Origin: Rhynchopus sp. YZ270_cl-10
Lineage: Eukaryota
Direction: 5' to 3'
Length of the DNA stretch: 64,000 nucleotides
Assembly: GCA_964035575.1 (NCBI GenBank)
Contig: OZ037839.1
Location: forward strand, 868,001 to 932,000
This document shows positions 35,137 through 45,618 of the stretch, piece by piece. Numbering within the stretch: the first letter of the stretch is position 1; each line of letters opens with the position of its first letter. A model generated the notes under the pieces. It was not told where the DNA came from. It saw nothing but the letters and a program-made list of their open reading frames with translations, and made no database searches. The position numbers and the translations under genes are program-made.

Positions 35137-37752
35137 TTACCTCTCGTTCACCAAAATGCCAGTAATCATATGCGTATGAAGCTCGCTTGTGTACCATTCG
35201 ATGGAGTTGTTCGAGACATTGGGGTCGATAGTGTCACCTCTCCTCTTTGCTCCGACAGTTTCTTGCCCGACGGAGTAGGTGTCGGGTTGGATTTTGACCT
35301 GGAAACAATATATTATGCAATCAATAAATTGATAGTATATGGTGAGGGATCAACAAAAATGTTGAAAATGTAACACGCCTCTAATAAAAAGAACGCTTTT
35401 GATTTTCGACTATCAGAAAATAAGAAAGGACCCTAAGCCTCTCGTGCTTAGTCACCTTATCATATTCAAAACAAAAAAATAGCTAATAATTAACCCTCTC
35501 CTGTGCTTAGTCATATTTGATCACAATTCGTTATCGCACAGCAGAAGAAGAAGAAAAAAGTTGACTTGAAATACAAAGCCCTCTCGTGATAGTGGGGGAA
35601 AATGAAGTCATACCTGAAGCGCAAACCGGTACCGCTTGCCGTTGTACGCATGCTCGGTCATGTAGGCCCTACCGTAGTCACAGTATTTGATGGAGGGGCT
35701 GAAGAAGATGTGCGACGGGGGGTCGAAGAACTCATTCTTGCCGTTGTGTGAGTTTGTGCGCTTGAAGCCACGTTGGATGTGCCCGTCACGGATCGGGATT
35801 TTGCCTCCTTTAGGTGTGGTCGAGCCTGGCTTGAGGAGCTGCCCACAGCAGAGAATGTCGAATAGGTGTTCAGGCGAGGTGCCGTGGTAGCAGGTGTGCC
35901 ACGTCTTGAAGGCCAGCTGCTCCATGGCGGGGGTCTTGGAAGTACGTACCCCGATTCTCGACCAGCCTACCGGAAGAATGTAATCGGTACCACCACGTTT
36001 GTACACTCCACCGTCGGTGTGGCACCCTGCACAGAAGCACCGATCCATGGACTCCAGGAGGTGGTCAAGGAGGATAGGACGTTCGGAGAGCTTCGAGATG
36101 AGTGCAGACCTGCAGCGCCTGAACTGCGCGCAGGTCGTCGCAGGGACCTCGGTGGAGAGAAGGGGACGGCCGAGGTTGACGATGAGCGGTGCCTGTCCTG
36201 TTTCCTTGGAGGTCTCGATTTTGTACATAGCGTTTTTCTTGAGTCCGTCCACCTGCACCACACCGTGCGCCAGCTGCGTGCCTTCGCCTGATGCAACGAT
36301 TTTCCCCGCATCAGCATCAATCTCACTCCAAAACGCATCTGTCTCCTGCTTGATTTTCAAGGCAACCTTACAGTCCCTCGAGGCAGGCATATTCAGCTTC
36401 AGGGTCAACGCCGTGTCAGTCACCTTCGTACACTGCACCACCACCACCTGCGCTGCAGGCGTTTCGAAGACAGAACGCTGGCTATACGGACCCCACCCAG
36501 AGGAGGTTCTGACACACGCTGCGGTCTCATACGTCGTCTTCTCTTGGAGTCCGCGGAGAATGATCGCGCATTCCGAAGCGCGCGGTGCAATCCCTTTACC
36601 AAGGGAGACCAGCAGATTCGTTCTCGAATCCACATGGAACCATTTGTCGGTGTTCACCTTTCTGCACCGTATCGCAACATTCACCGCACATTCCGGTACA
36701 TTCCACTCAAAGTGGACCGTCGATGGCGTGACCTTCCCTATCTTCAGAGGCTGCATCACGACCTGCGTTGTGTTCACCACCGCCTCGCTCCAGGGGGTAT
36801 ACTCTCCCTTCTTCGTCAACCCTCTCGCACTGAAGGTGTACGCCTGCCCTTCATCAAGCTTCTTCAACTGAATGGAACGTTGAGACGCCGCAGGCGCCCA
36901 GGCATCACGCTCTGTAACTAAGCGCGATTTTACTGCGTCGACCTGAAGCCAATCGGAGGATCCCTTCTTTTTTCCACGAATTGAAACATTCCAAAATGAG
37001 TCTGCAGCGGACCCATCCCATTCTAAAGTAATACTATTCCTCGAAACCGATCCGCATCGGAGTACTATCGGCATTTCCGGTCCATTTGAGGCTGGTGACG
37101 TAGAAAAGCTCACTACATCCCCCATCGCCCCCGATCGTACCGAATCTGCTTGAAGAGTAAATTCATAGGACGTCTCTGGGGTCAACCCTTCCACCAAGGT
37201 TTTTCCATTTGGAAACGTCGCCGCATCGTTCGTCGGGCCAATATCAGCAGGAATTGAAGAATCCTTCTCAAGAGTCTGCCACACCGTTTCCCCCTTTCTC
37301 CTGATCTTCACAAAGAGGGGTGTTGTGCTCTCTGCCTCCCACGTTAGCGTAGCGGAATGCGGAGTTAGCTCCTCCACGACCACTTCTGGGAGAGGTACCG
37401 CGCGGGTCGGGGTTTTGAAGGAAACGGGGTCGGAGTAAGGGCCGGCACTTCCAGTATGGCTCACTGCACAGCAGGTGAACTCATAAGCGACCAACTCTTT
37501 CAGACCCCCTACGATAAGACTGCCGGATTTTGAGTTCGCGCCCTTCCCTTTCCCGAGGGGGACTAATTGGTTCGTGTTCGGGTCAACCGTCATCCAAACA
37601 GAACCTTTCTCGCGGCAACGTACCTCCACACTGCTTCCCTGCCGATTACTCCACTCCAAAGTAACACTAGAACTGCTCATATGAGCAAACCTCAATGGCC
37701 CCATCTTCTGAGGCATCCTATTAGGAGAAGCGACACAGCAAAAAAACGGCAT
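35137..37752 (-). CDS. Fibronectin type III repeats + NEURL4-like ADP-ribosyltransferase domain, 2 exons (37752-35614, 35298-35137)
   Basis: About 5 FN3-like units (S.TLEW..L....YEF); C-terminus LPVGWSRIG..YHGT..FFSPSIKY..FALQ|VKIQPDTY..IEWYT..ITGILV completed across a phase-0 GT-AG intron. Confidence 0.8.
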
Positions 37753-38609
37753 TTTTTTTTTTAAAGGAGACTATGAAAAACCCCCTAATCGGGGAAGAAG
37801 AAGAAAGAGTGTGCAAAGGGGGAGGAGGAAAAGTGGGGGAGGGAGGGAAGGGGGGGGGTTACCTCTCTCTCTCTCTCTTAAAAGGGCGAAGTGGTTTTGT
37901 TGTGGGGGTGTGTGGGGGGTTTTTTATTTCTTTCTTATTTGTCGCCTGTATTTGGGGTGGTGGTGGTGATGGTGGTAGGAAGATGCTAACTTAGATTCAT
38001 ATACTTTCAGTTCACAAAATTGAAAGTATTTGAGAGGGTCAACACAAAAAATGCATCCCTTCTTTTTTGGTTTTTTGGTTTTTAGATTTTTTTTATTTAT
38101 AACTCCGATGATAACTTAGAATAATCGAAAAATTTTTGTTTAATTATAGACTACTATCACTAGATAGCAGCCACGGGTTTTTCTTCACAGGATCCTTAAA
38201 AGAGAGCAAATAGAAGGAGCACGCTTTGCAGTAGGAGGTGGCAGAGTCGGACAATAGATGAAAATAAAAAGAGTAAGTTGCGATGCACCTCCGACTTCCG
38301 ATGCCAGCCATCCGGATGCACAAAGCACCCTGCGGTCTACAACAGGAGATGCAAAAAAGGAAACCTAATGTGGTGTGGCTGAAAGGGGGTGCTATTTTCT
38401 GCTATTTTCTGCTATTCTGAGCATCTGGATTTTTTTGGTGCGGCTAAGGGAGGTGCTATTTTTTGCTATTTTGGGGTCGTCAGCCACACCATAATGACTT
38501 AAAAAATGAAAACACCCCCTCTAGTCGTTTTTTTTTGTTGTTTTTTCGAGTACTGTACAGTACTCTCAAAGGCTAGAATAGCGTTTTTATTTTTTTTTCT
38601 TTTTTCTTT

Positions 38610-39380
38610 TTAGGAACCCTTCAGTTCTCTCTGCTGACCCCCTTCACCTTCTACTTCACCCTCACTACGCAGCATCGCTTCGACACTAGCCGTGTCTTCT
38701 GCAGAGAGCCCTGTACAGCCATGTGTGCCAGCAAGACGTAACGCACGTAGAAGGAGAGCGTTCTGTGCGCGCAGTGTCTGCACCTCCTTGAGGGTGCTGA
38801 GGGGGACTGCCGTTGAGACTGAGGTAGAGGGCGCACCCAGCTGCACATCCTCCACAGAGCACCACCAGGAGCCCCCACCGTGCAGCGTCACCTTGAAGCA
38901 GTGTGCGCTGGTTATCTCCGATATGGTCCCCGCCTCGTTGCTGTGCGGGGGGACCTGGACCACCACAGCCTGGCCTAGCACCACCTCCTTCACCGATGTC
39001 ATCTGCACTTCACCGTCGCTGCTAGATCGAGCGGAGGAAGGTGAGCTACCCGCTGCCTGGTTCACCCGGACAGCGGCATTGAGTTCCGTGTTTACTAGAA
39101 AGTCTGAGATGGACTGCAGCTTTTTTACCTTAGGCTTTGAGGCGATCTGGTCGACGGTGAGTTTCGGCCGATGAGGTAACAAAGCACCAATAGGCCTTGC
39201 CACACCCTCCACGGTCCAGCGAGGGTGTTCCTTCCGTAGTGTTTGAAGGGCCGTCGCGAACTCAACAGCGGTGGCGACGTCGTCTTCTGGGAAGGTGATA
39301 CGGGCTTCGCGTCGTACGGCGCTGTCGGGTGGTGTCAGCACAGCGTTCTCCACCTCGTCGTCATCATCGGGTCGTTTCAT
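38610..39380 (-). CDS. Hypothetical protein with a small SH3/Tudor-like beta domain and coiled coil
   Basis: GC-rich 256-codon ORF; LGQAVVV..GTISEI..FKVTL..SWW. Confidence 0.6.
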   Translation of the reverse strand: MKRPDDDDEVENAVLTPPDSAVRREARITFPEDDVATAVEFATALQTLRKEHPRWTVEGVARPIGALLPHRPKLTVDQIASKPKVKKLQSISDFLVNTELNAAVRVNQAAGSSPSSARSSSDGEVQMTSVKEVVLGQAVVVQVPPHSNEAGTISEITSAHCFKVTLHGGGSWWCSVEDVQLGAPSTSVSTAVPLSTLKEVQTLRAQNALLLRALRLAGTHGCTGLSAEDTASVEAMLRSEGEVEGEGGQQRELKGS

Positions 39381-39657
39381 AGCATTATTATGTCCATTTT
39401 TTGTCCTGGGGTGGAAGTTAAAAATGGTAGGGGAAGGTGAGCGAATAGTTATTAATTCAAGCACCTCCAACCGACTGCACAATGCCATCGGTCAGGAAAA
39501 AGAAGGGGGAAAAAAAAAGGTTGGTGGATTGCCCGTTCGGGGTACACGTTGTCAAAGTTTTCAAAAAAGTTGCATTTTTCTTTAACCGTGTTCTGTGGGC
39601 CTCGCAGCCCATTTTTTGTTCGCCCATCCCAAACCCCAATACCCCAAGACCCCGCCC

Positions 39658-40816
39658 TCATGCTTTCTGTTGACGCACAGCGCCTGCCCGTTTAGCCTCC
39701 GTGTCTGTGTGGAAGCCTGCGACGCGCCCTGAGGCCCAGAAGGATCGTTCCTGAGCGTATCTGATACGTTCTCTGGTGCGCAGTGCGTCCTCCATCGATG
39801 ACCCGAGCGTTACCTCGGCACCAGAAAGAGCTTTCGGCACAGCGTTGAGCTCAGCCTCTGCGGCACTGTACTTAAAGTGTTCATGGGGAAGAGGCGACAG
39901 CAGGTCAGGGCACACAGCATCTGTGGGAAGGGGGGTGATTTTTTTTGGTTTTGGTTTTATACAAAAGGTAGCCAGTTTTTTAATGAGGTAATGTTGCAGG
40001 GAAAGGGGGGAAATGCTCGAGAGACTCATTACTCTTTGTTGCTCAAAAGGCTAAAAATGGGAAGGGAAAAAGAGGAAAGGGGAAAAAAAAAAGAAAATGA
40101 AGCTTATTAATGCAGACACCTCCGACTGACGCATAGCTGGATGAAAGCACAGGAAATATGATATTAATGGTACCCCTGACAACCACATCTTTGCGAGGTT
40201 CTTGTGAGGGGTTCGCTTTTCCCTGGCGTTTTTTTTTTTTTTAATTGGAAGCCCCCTTTTTTTTGAGGTAGTTATTTTTTTTTTAACCATTCCTTGGTAA
40301 CGGAGCATTGTACGGTCCTGGAAGCGCCAACTCCTGGAAAAAATGGGTTAAAGAGGAAGTTGCCTTTTCCTAAACGCACAACCGTATATTTCTTCTTCTT
40401 TCCTTTTTGATAAATTGGAGTAGTTGCCTCGGGTTTTGTGTTGCCACAGTTTGTGGCAATCCTCTCCCTTTATCTTTTCTTTTTTTTTCCATACGTTCTG
40501 TCAGGATTCTCGGGTTCACCTTGCTCCACTCCGCCTGTTTCACAGAGGCTATTTGCTGCTGCGCGTCCAGGGTCGCTCGCTTTACTGCCTGCGCGACGAG
40601 AGTGGGACAGAGGTGGCCTGTTTCTTCGTCTCTGATGCCGGCATCGTTGGACGGGTCGAACGTGATCCCCTGCACCCGCCCGCAGCCCGTATACCTGACT
40701 GTACATCCTTCCGACCGCCCGCGCACCACTGTCGAAGCAATAGCCCTTTTAGTAGCCTCGGCCTTTGCCCCTTCCCGAAAGCTCTTCACCAGGCTGTTGC
40801 TAAATACAAATGACAT
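39658..40816 (-). CDS. YbaB/EbfC-like protein, 2 exons (40816-40495, 39920-39658)
   Basis: VRGRSEGCTVRYTGCGRVQGITFDPS...LVAQAVKRATLDA fits the YbaB pattern; a phase-1 GT-AG intron gives 194 aa. Confidence 0.6.
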
Positions 40817-41375
40817 TTAAAAAAAAAAAAAAAAAAAAACTATCCCTGAAAAAAGAGTAGGGGAGAAAGGGAGAAAGGGAGAAAGGGAGAAAGGGGTTGA
40901 ATGGGTTTATATATGGGGGGCGTGGGTGGTCTTGTCGTCTGACAGGGTATCGATAGTGAGAAGTAGTGTTTTGTTCTCTGTCAATTTCTGAAATATCAAA
41001 AATGGATGCTTTGTGGGTAAAAAATACGGAAGTAACAAAGTGGAATGGCATTTTTTTGAATCAGCTATCTGATGTGATAGTCATCTTTTCCTTTTTTGAT
41101 AGGGAGACGGGGTGTGCATGCAAAGTTAAATGGAATGACATGAAGCATGCAAGCGGAATGTGAAGCGAAGTGAAGTAAAGAGAGTTGAAGTGAAGGACAC
41201 GCAGAGAGCACAAGAGGAACTGTGCCCATAATCCTACCCCAAAGAAGTGTCCAATGAAGGTGGGTGGTACAGTGGGGATGATTTATTGCTCACTCAACAA
41301 AACACTACTCGACCCGCCCAAACACACAGAATAATCCTAACACCCCAATTCCCACTCCCGCTTTCTTTACTGCCC

Positions 41376-43052
41376 CTAAAAACCAACGTCACCTAGTCTG
41401 CTGCGTACAACGTTGCTACACTTGTCCATTCCGTCGACTTTCGACAACATTGTGCAGTTGTGGAGAAAATAGGCACCAATCGTGGTGACTGCTTGCAGGG
41501 CAGCGAGGTCGACTTCCGACAACGATGTGCAGTCGGAGAGAAACCTGGTACCAATCGTAGTGACTGATTGCAGGGCGGTCAGGTCGACTTCCGACAACGA
41601 TGTGCAGTCGGAGAGAAACCTGTCACCAATCGTGGTGACTGATTGTAGGCCACTGAGATCGACTTTCGACAACGTTGTGCAGTAGGTGAGAAACTTGTTA
41701 CCAATCGTGGTGACTGATTGCAGGCTGGTGAAGTCCGCTTCCGACAACTTTGTGCATTTGTAGAGAAAATCATCACCAATCGTGGTGACTGCTTGTAGGT
41801 CGATGAAGTCCACTTTCGACAAGGATGTGCAGTGGTGGAGAAACCTGTCACTAATCGTGGTGACTGCTTGCAGGCCACTGAGATCGACTTTCGCCAACGT
41901 TGTGCAGTAGGTGAGAAACTTGTCACCAATCGTGGTGACTGCTTGCAGGCCGGTGAAGTCTACTTCCGACAACGTTGTGCATTTGTAGAGAAAATCATCA
42001 CCAATCGTGGTGACTGCTTGCAGGCCGATGAAGTCCACTTTCGACAAGGATGTGCAGTAGGTGAGAAACTCGTCACCAATCGTGGTGACTGCTTGCAGTC
42101 CGGTGAAGTCCACTTTCGACAACGTTGTGCAGGAGTAGAGAAACCTGTCACCAATCGTGGTGACTGCTTGCAGGCCGGTGAAGTCCACTTCCGACAACGT
42201 TTCGCAATTGTAGAGAAACCCGTCACCAATCGTGGTGACTGCTTGCAGGCTGGTGAAGTCCAATTTCGACAACGATGTGCAGTTGTAGAGAAAATGATCA
42301 CCAATTGTGGTGACTGCTTGCAGGCCGGTGAAGTCCAATTTCGACAACGATGTGCACTCGGAGAGAAACCCGTCACCAATCGTGGTGACTGCTTGCAGGG
42401 CGGTAAAGTCCACTTTCGACAACGTTGTGCAGTCGGAGAGAAACCCGCAACCAATCGCGGTGACTGATTGCAAGCCGGTGAAGTCCACTTTCGACAACGA
42501 TGTGCAGTTGTAAAGAAACCCGTCACCAATCGTGGTGACTGCTTGCAGGCCGGTGAAGTCCACTTTCGACAACGTTTCGCAGTTGGAGAGAAAATCGTAA
42601 CCAATCGTGGTGACGCAGGGTAATGCAGGCAGGTGCAGTGTGACGCCACAGTTGTCATCCACATTGGGTACGCAACTGAAACCAATGCGCGTTACGTCAC
42701 TACCTGAGAAGAAGTCATCTGGAATCTCAGTCGCAACTTCTGCCTGAAGAAGCAAGCTGGCCACCTTCGGATCCTCCACCTGCTGCAACCTTTCTGCTGT
42801 GATGTTTGTCTCACCCAATGCATGAAGAGCTGATATGGCTTCGTATTTCATCGTTTTCGTCAACACCACTGTGTCTCCAGCACTCAGTTCTGTGATGTCC
42901 TCTCCTTCCTCCTTCCCTCCGAAGCCCATGCGGAAGCTGTCTTCGCACAACTCTGTTGCAGACGCCACCTTCTGCCGCATCGTCTCCGTTGTGTCCTTCT
43001 CACCCACCTCCATCACGAAGTCGTTCCCCAAGCCCTGGATAGTCAGTTCCAT
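41376..43052 (-). CDS. UBL-LRR paralogue 3 (16 LRRs), intact
   Basis: UBL N-terminus + 16 x 25-aa LSKVDFTGLQAVTTIGxxFLxxCT + cap. Confidence 0.92.
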   Translation of the reverse strand: MELTIQGLGNDFVMEVGEKDTTETMRQKVASATELCEDSFRMGFGGKEEGEDITELSAGDTVVLTKTMKYEAISALHALGETNITAERLQQVEDPKVASLLLQAEVATEIPDDFFSGSDVTRIGFSCVPNVDDNCGVTLHLPALPCVTTIGYDFLSNCETLSKVDFTGLQAVTTIGDGFLYNCTSLSKVDFTGLQSVTAIGCGFLSDCTTLSKVDFTALQAVTTIGDGFLSECTSLSKLDFTGLQAVTTIGDHFLYNCTSLSKLDFTSLQAVTTIGDGFLYNCETLSEVDFTGLQAVTTIGDRFLYSCTTLSKVDFTGLQAVTTIGDEFLTYCTSLSKVDFIGLQAVTTIGDDFLYKCTTLSEVDFTGLQAVTTIGDKFLTYCTTLAKVDLSGLQAVTTISDRFLHHCTSLSKVDFIDLQAVTTIGDDFLYKCTKLSEADFTSLQSVTTIGNKFLTYCTTLSKVDLSGLQSVTTIGDRFLSDCTSLSEVDLTALQSVTTIGTRFLSDCTSLSEVDLAALQAVTTIGAYFLHNCTMLSKVDGMDKCSNVVRSRLGDVGF

Positions 43053-43498
43053 TTTATGTGTCTCTTTGATGTATCTCTGCTGGTGGGTTGTTGGGTAAGG
43101 AAGAGCTTTTAACCCGCAAACCCCAAGATTTTTTATCATCTGAATCCAAAGAAGCAAGAATTTATAACTTTTTAAAGTTTTCAGATTTATTAGATACGAG
43201 GGAGGGTTTGGTGGGGAAGAACCTTTTTTTGCGTTTTTTTGGCCGTGTTTCATCGCGCTGTTTTCAGTGACACTCTGTCAATAACACACAAACACACGCG
43301 ACTCACACCAATGTACATATGTCTGCCGACGTTTCGGCAATCGTCAGTAGCACTCACACACGAGCAGACTCCACCGATATTTCGGTGCACCCGTTCTTGT
43401 CCCTGTTTCAATCACTCGCGGATCGACTTACACAAACCCCACACTCCCGGCCTACGTACGTATAGCCAGAGAGCTAAAACACAAATAATTTTCTACCT

Positions 43499-43684
43499 CA
43501 CTGCCTCTGAGACAATGTACAGGGTGCTCACGACCCAAAGCAGACCAACCCCGATAACAGAAGAAACACACAAAAAAACGCTCTGTCACACTGCCTCTGA
43601 GACAAAATACTGGGTGCTCGCGACCCAAGGTAGACCAACACCCGATAACAGAACAAACACAAGAGCACTGTTCTCTCTCACTGC
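43499..43684. repeat. Two diverged 90-bp tandem units
   Basis: CACTGCCTCTGAGACAA..GGGTGCTC.CGACCCAA..AGACCAAC.CCCGATAACAGAA repeated. Confidence 0.7.
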
Positions 43685-45618
43685 ATCGCAGCCAACGTGA
43701 AGGGCATTCTCAACCCCGGCAGCCCGACATGGGCGGTAACCCACACACGCACACACCTCGACCTGTCGGTGAAATGTGGCTCTACTCCAACCCGCCCCGT
43801 ATTAGAAAAATGGAAAAAATGATGGGAGTAGGGTACGGTGTTCAATTTCCTTTTAGCATTGCATGTAATCATATAAAATAAAATGGATGCTTTGTCACGG
43901 CGTACGAAAGTGCTTCGAGGAGTTTTTTTTGAGAAAATTCCAAAAAAAAAAAAAAAAAAACGCTTGAATTTTTAGGGAAAAGCGCTTTTTTCCCTTAAGG
44001 GGTTTGTTAAGGGGGTTTAAGTCCACACTACAAGTGACCCAAACCAAATTTATCGAGTCGCCGATTTCCCGCTGTGGTCATTTTTCTGATAAAAATTACA
44101 AACGCAGTGCCATTTTATGGGAAGCTTTTTTAGAAATGTTGCGTACCGTGTCTTCGCCAGGAACTTTTGGGTGCCATGACCGCTGTTTACTGATAAGAAG
44201 GCTGACATCCACTGCGGCTTGTGGACGGCCACCTGCACCGGCCTCGGAAGAGTACAGTGTACAGGCCTCCTGCACAACAGCCCGGTAGGAAGTGAGAAGG
44301 AGCGAATGTCGCTGATTCGGAGGAACTCTGACTGTGCTTGGTTAACATTCGTCTCTCTGCCGGAGGCTACGATTGCAGGGGGGGTTTTTTTGGTACCATG
44401 CAACGGAAGTTTTTCAAAACTCAAAAATCCTGGCGGCGGGGCCGATAGTCGTCTTTTCCTTTTTTGATAGGGGGACGGGGCGGGGTGTGCATGCAAAGTT
44501 AAATGGAATGACATGAAGCATGCAATCGGAATGTGAAGTGTGGTGAGGTGAAGAACACGCAGAGAGCACAAGAGGAACTGTGCCCTTGATCCGACCCCAA
44601 AGAAGTGTCCAATGAAGGTGGGTGGTACAGTGGGGATGATTTCTTGCTCACTCAACAAAACACTACTCGACCCGCCCAAACACACAGAATAATCCTAACA
44701 CCCCAATTCCCACTCCCGCTTTCTTTACTGCCTCTAAAAACCAACGTCACCTAGTCTGCTGCGTACAACGTTGCTACACTTGTCCATTCCGTCGACTTTC
44801 GACAACGTTGTGCAGTTGGTGAGAAAATAATCACCAATCGTGGTGACTGCTTGCAGGCCGGTGAAGTCCACTTCCGACAACATTTTGCAGTGGGAGAGAA
44901 ACCCTTCACCAATCGTGGTGACTGATTGCAGGCCGGTGAAGTCCAATTTCGACAACATTTCGCAGTCGGAGAGAAACCCTTCACCAATCGTGGTGACTGC
45001 TTGCAGGCCGGTGAAGTCCACTTTCGACAACGATGTGCACCTGTAGAGAAACCAGTCACCAATCGTGGTGACTGCTTGCAGGCCGGTGAAGTCCACTTTC
45101 GACAACGATGTGCACCTGTAGAGAAACCAGTCACCAATCGTGGTGACTGCTTGCAGGCCGGTGAAGTCCACTTCTGACAACGTTGTGCACTCGGAGAGAA
45201 ACTTGTCACCAATCGTGGTGACTGCTTGCAGGCCGGTGAAATCCACTTCCGACAACGTTTCGCAGTAGGAGAGAAAATCGTCACCAATCGTGGTGACGCA
45301 GGGTAATGCAGGCAGGTGCAGTGTGACGCCACAGTTGTCATCCACATTGGGTACGCAACTGAAACCAATGCGCGTTACGTCACTACCTGAGAAGAAGTCT
45401 TTTGGAATCTCAGTCGCAACTTCTGCCTGAAGAAGCAAGCTGGCCACCTTCGGATCCTCCACCTGCTGCAACCTTTCTGCTGTGATGTTTGTCTCACCCA
45501 ATGCATGAAGAGCTGATATGGCTTCGTACTTCATCGTTTTCGTCAACTGGTGGGGGCCCGTTTTCGATGCATGCACCCCTATCCGAGATAGGTGATACAA
45601 TACATCGTGGAGGTGATG

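Noticed and set aside
44145..44345. GC-rich exon-like patch between paralogues 3 and 4
   Set aside because: No start or recognisable domain; it may be a fragment captured at a duplication junction, but this cannot be supported.
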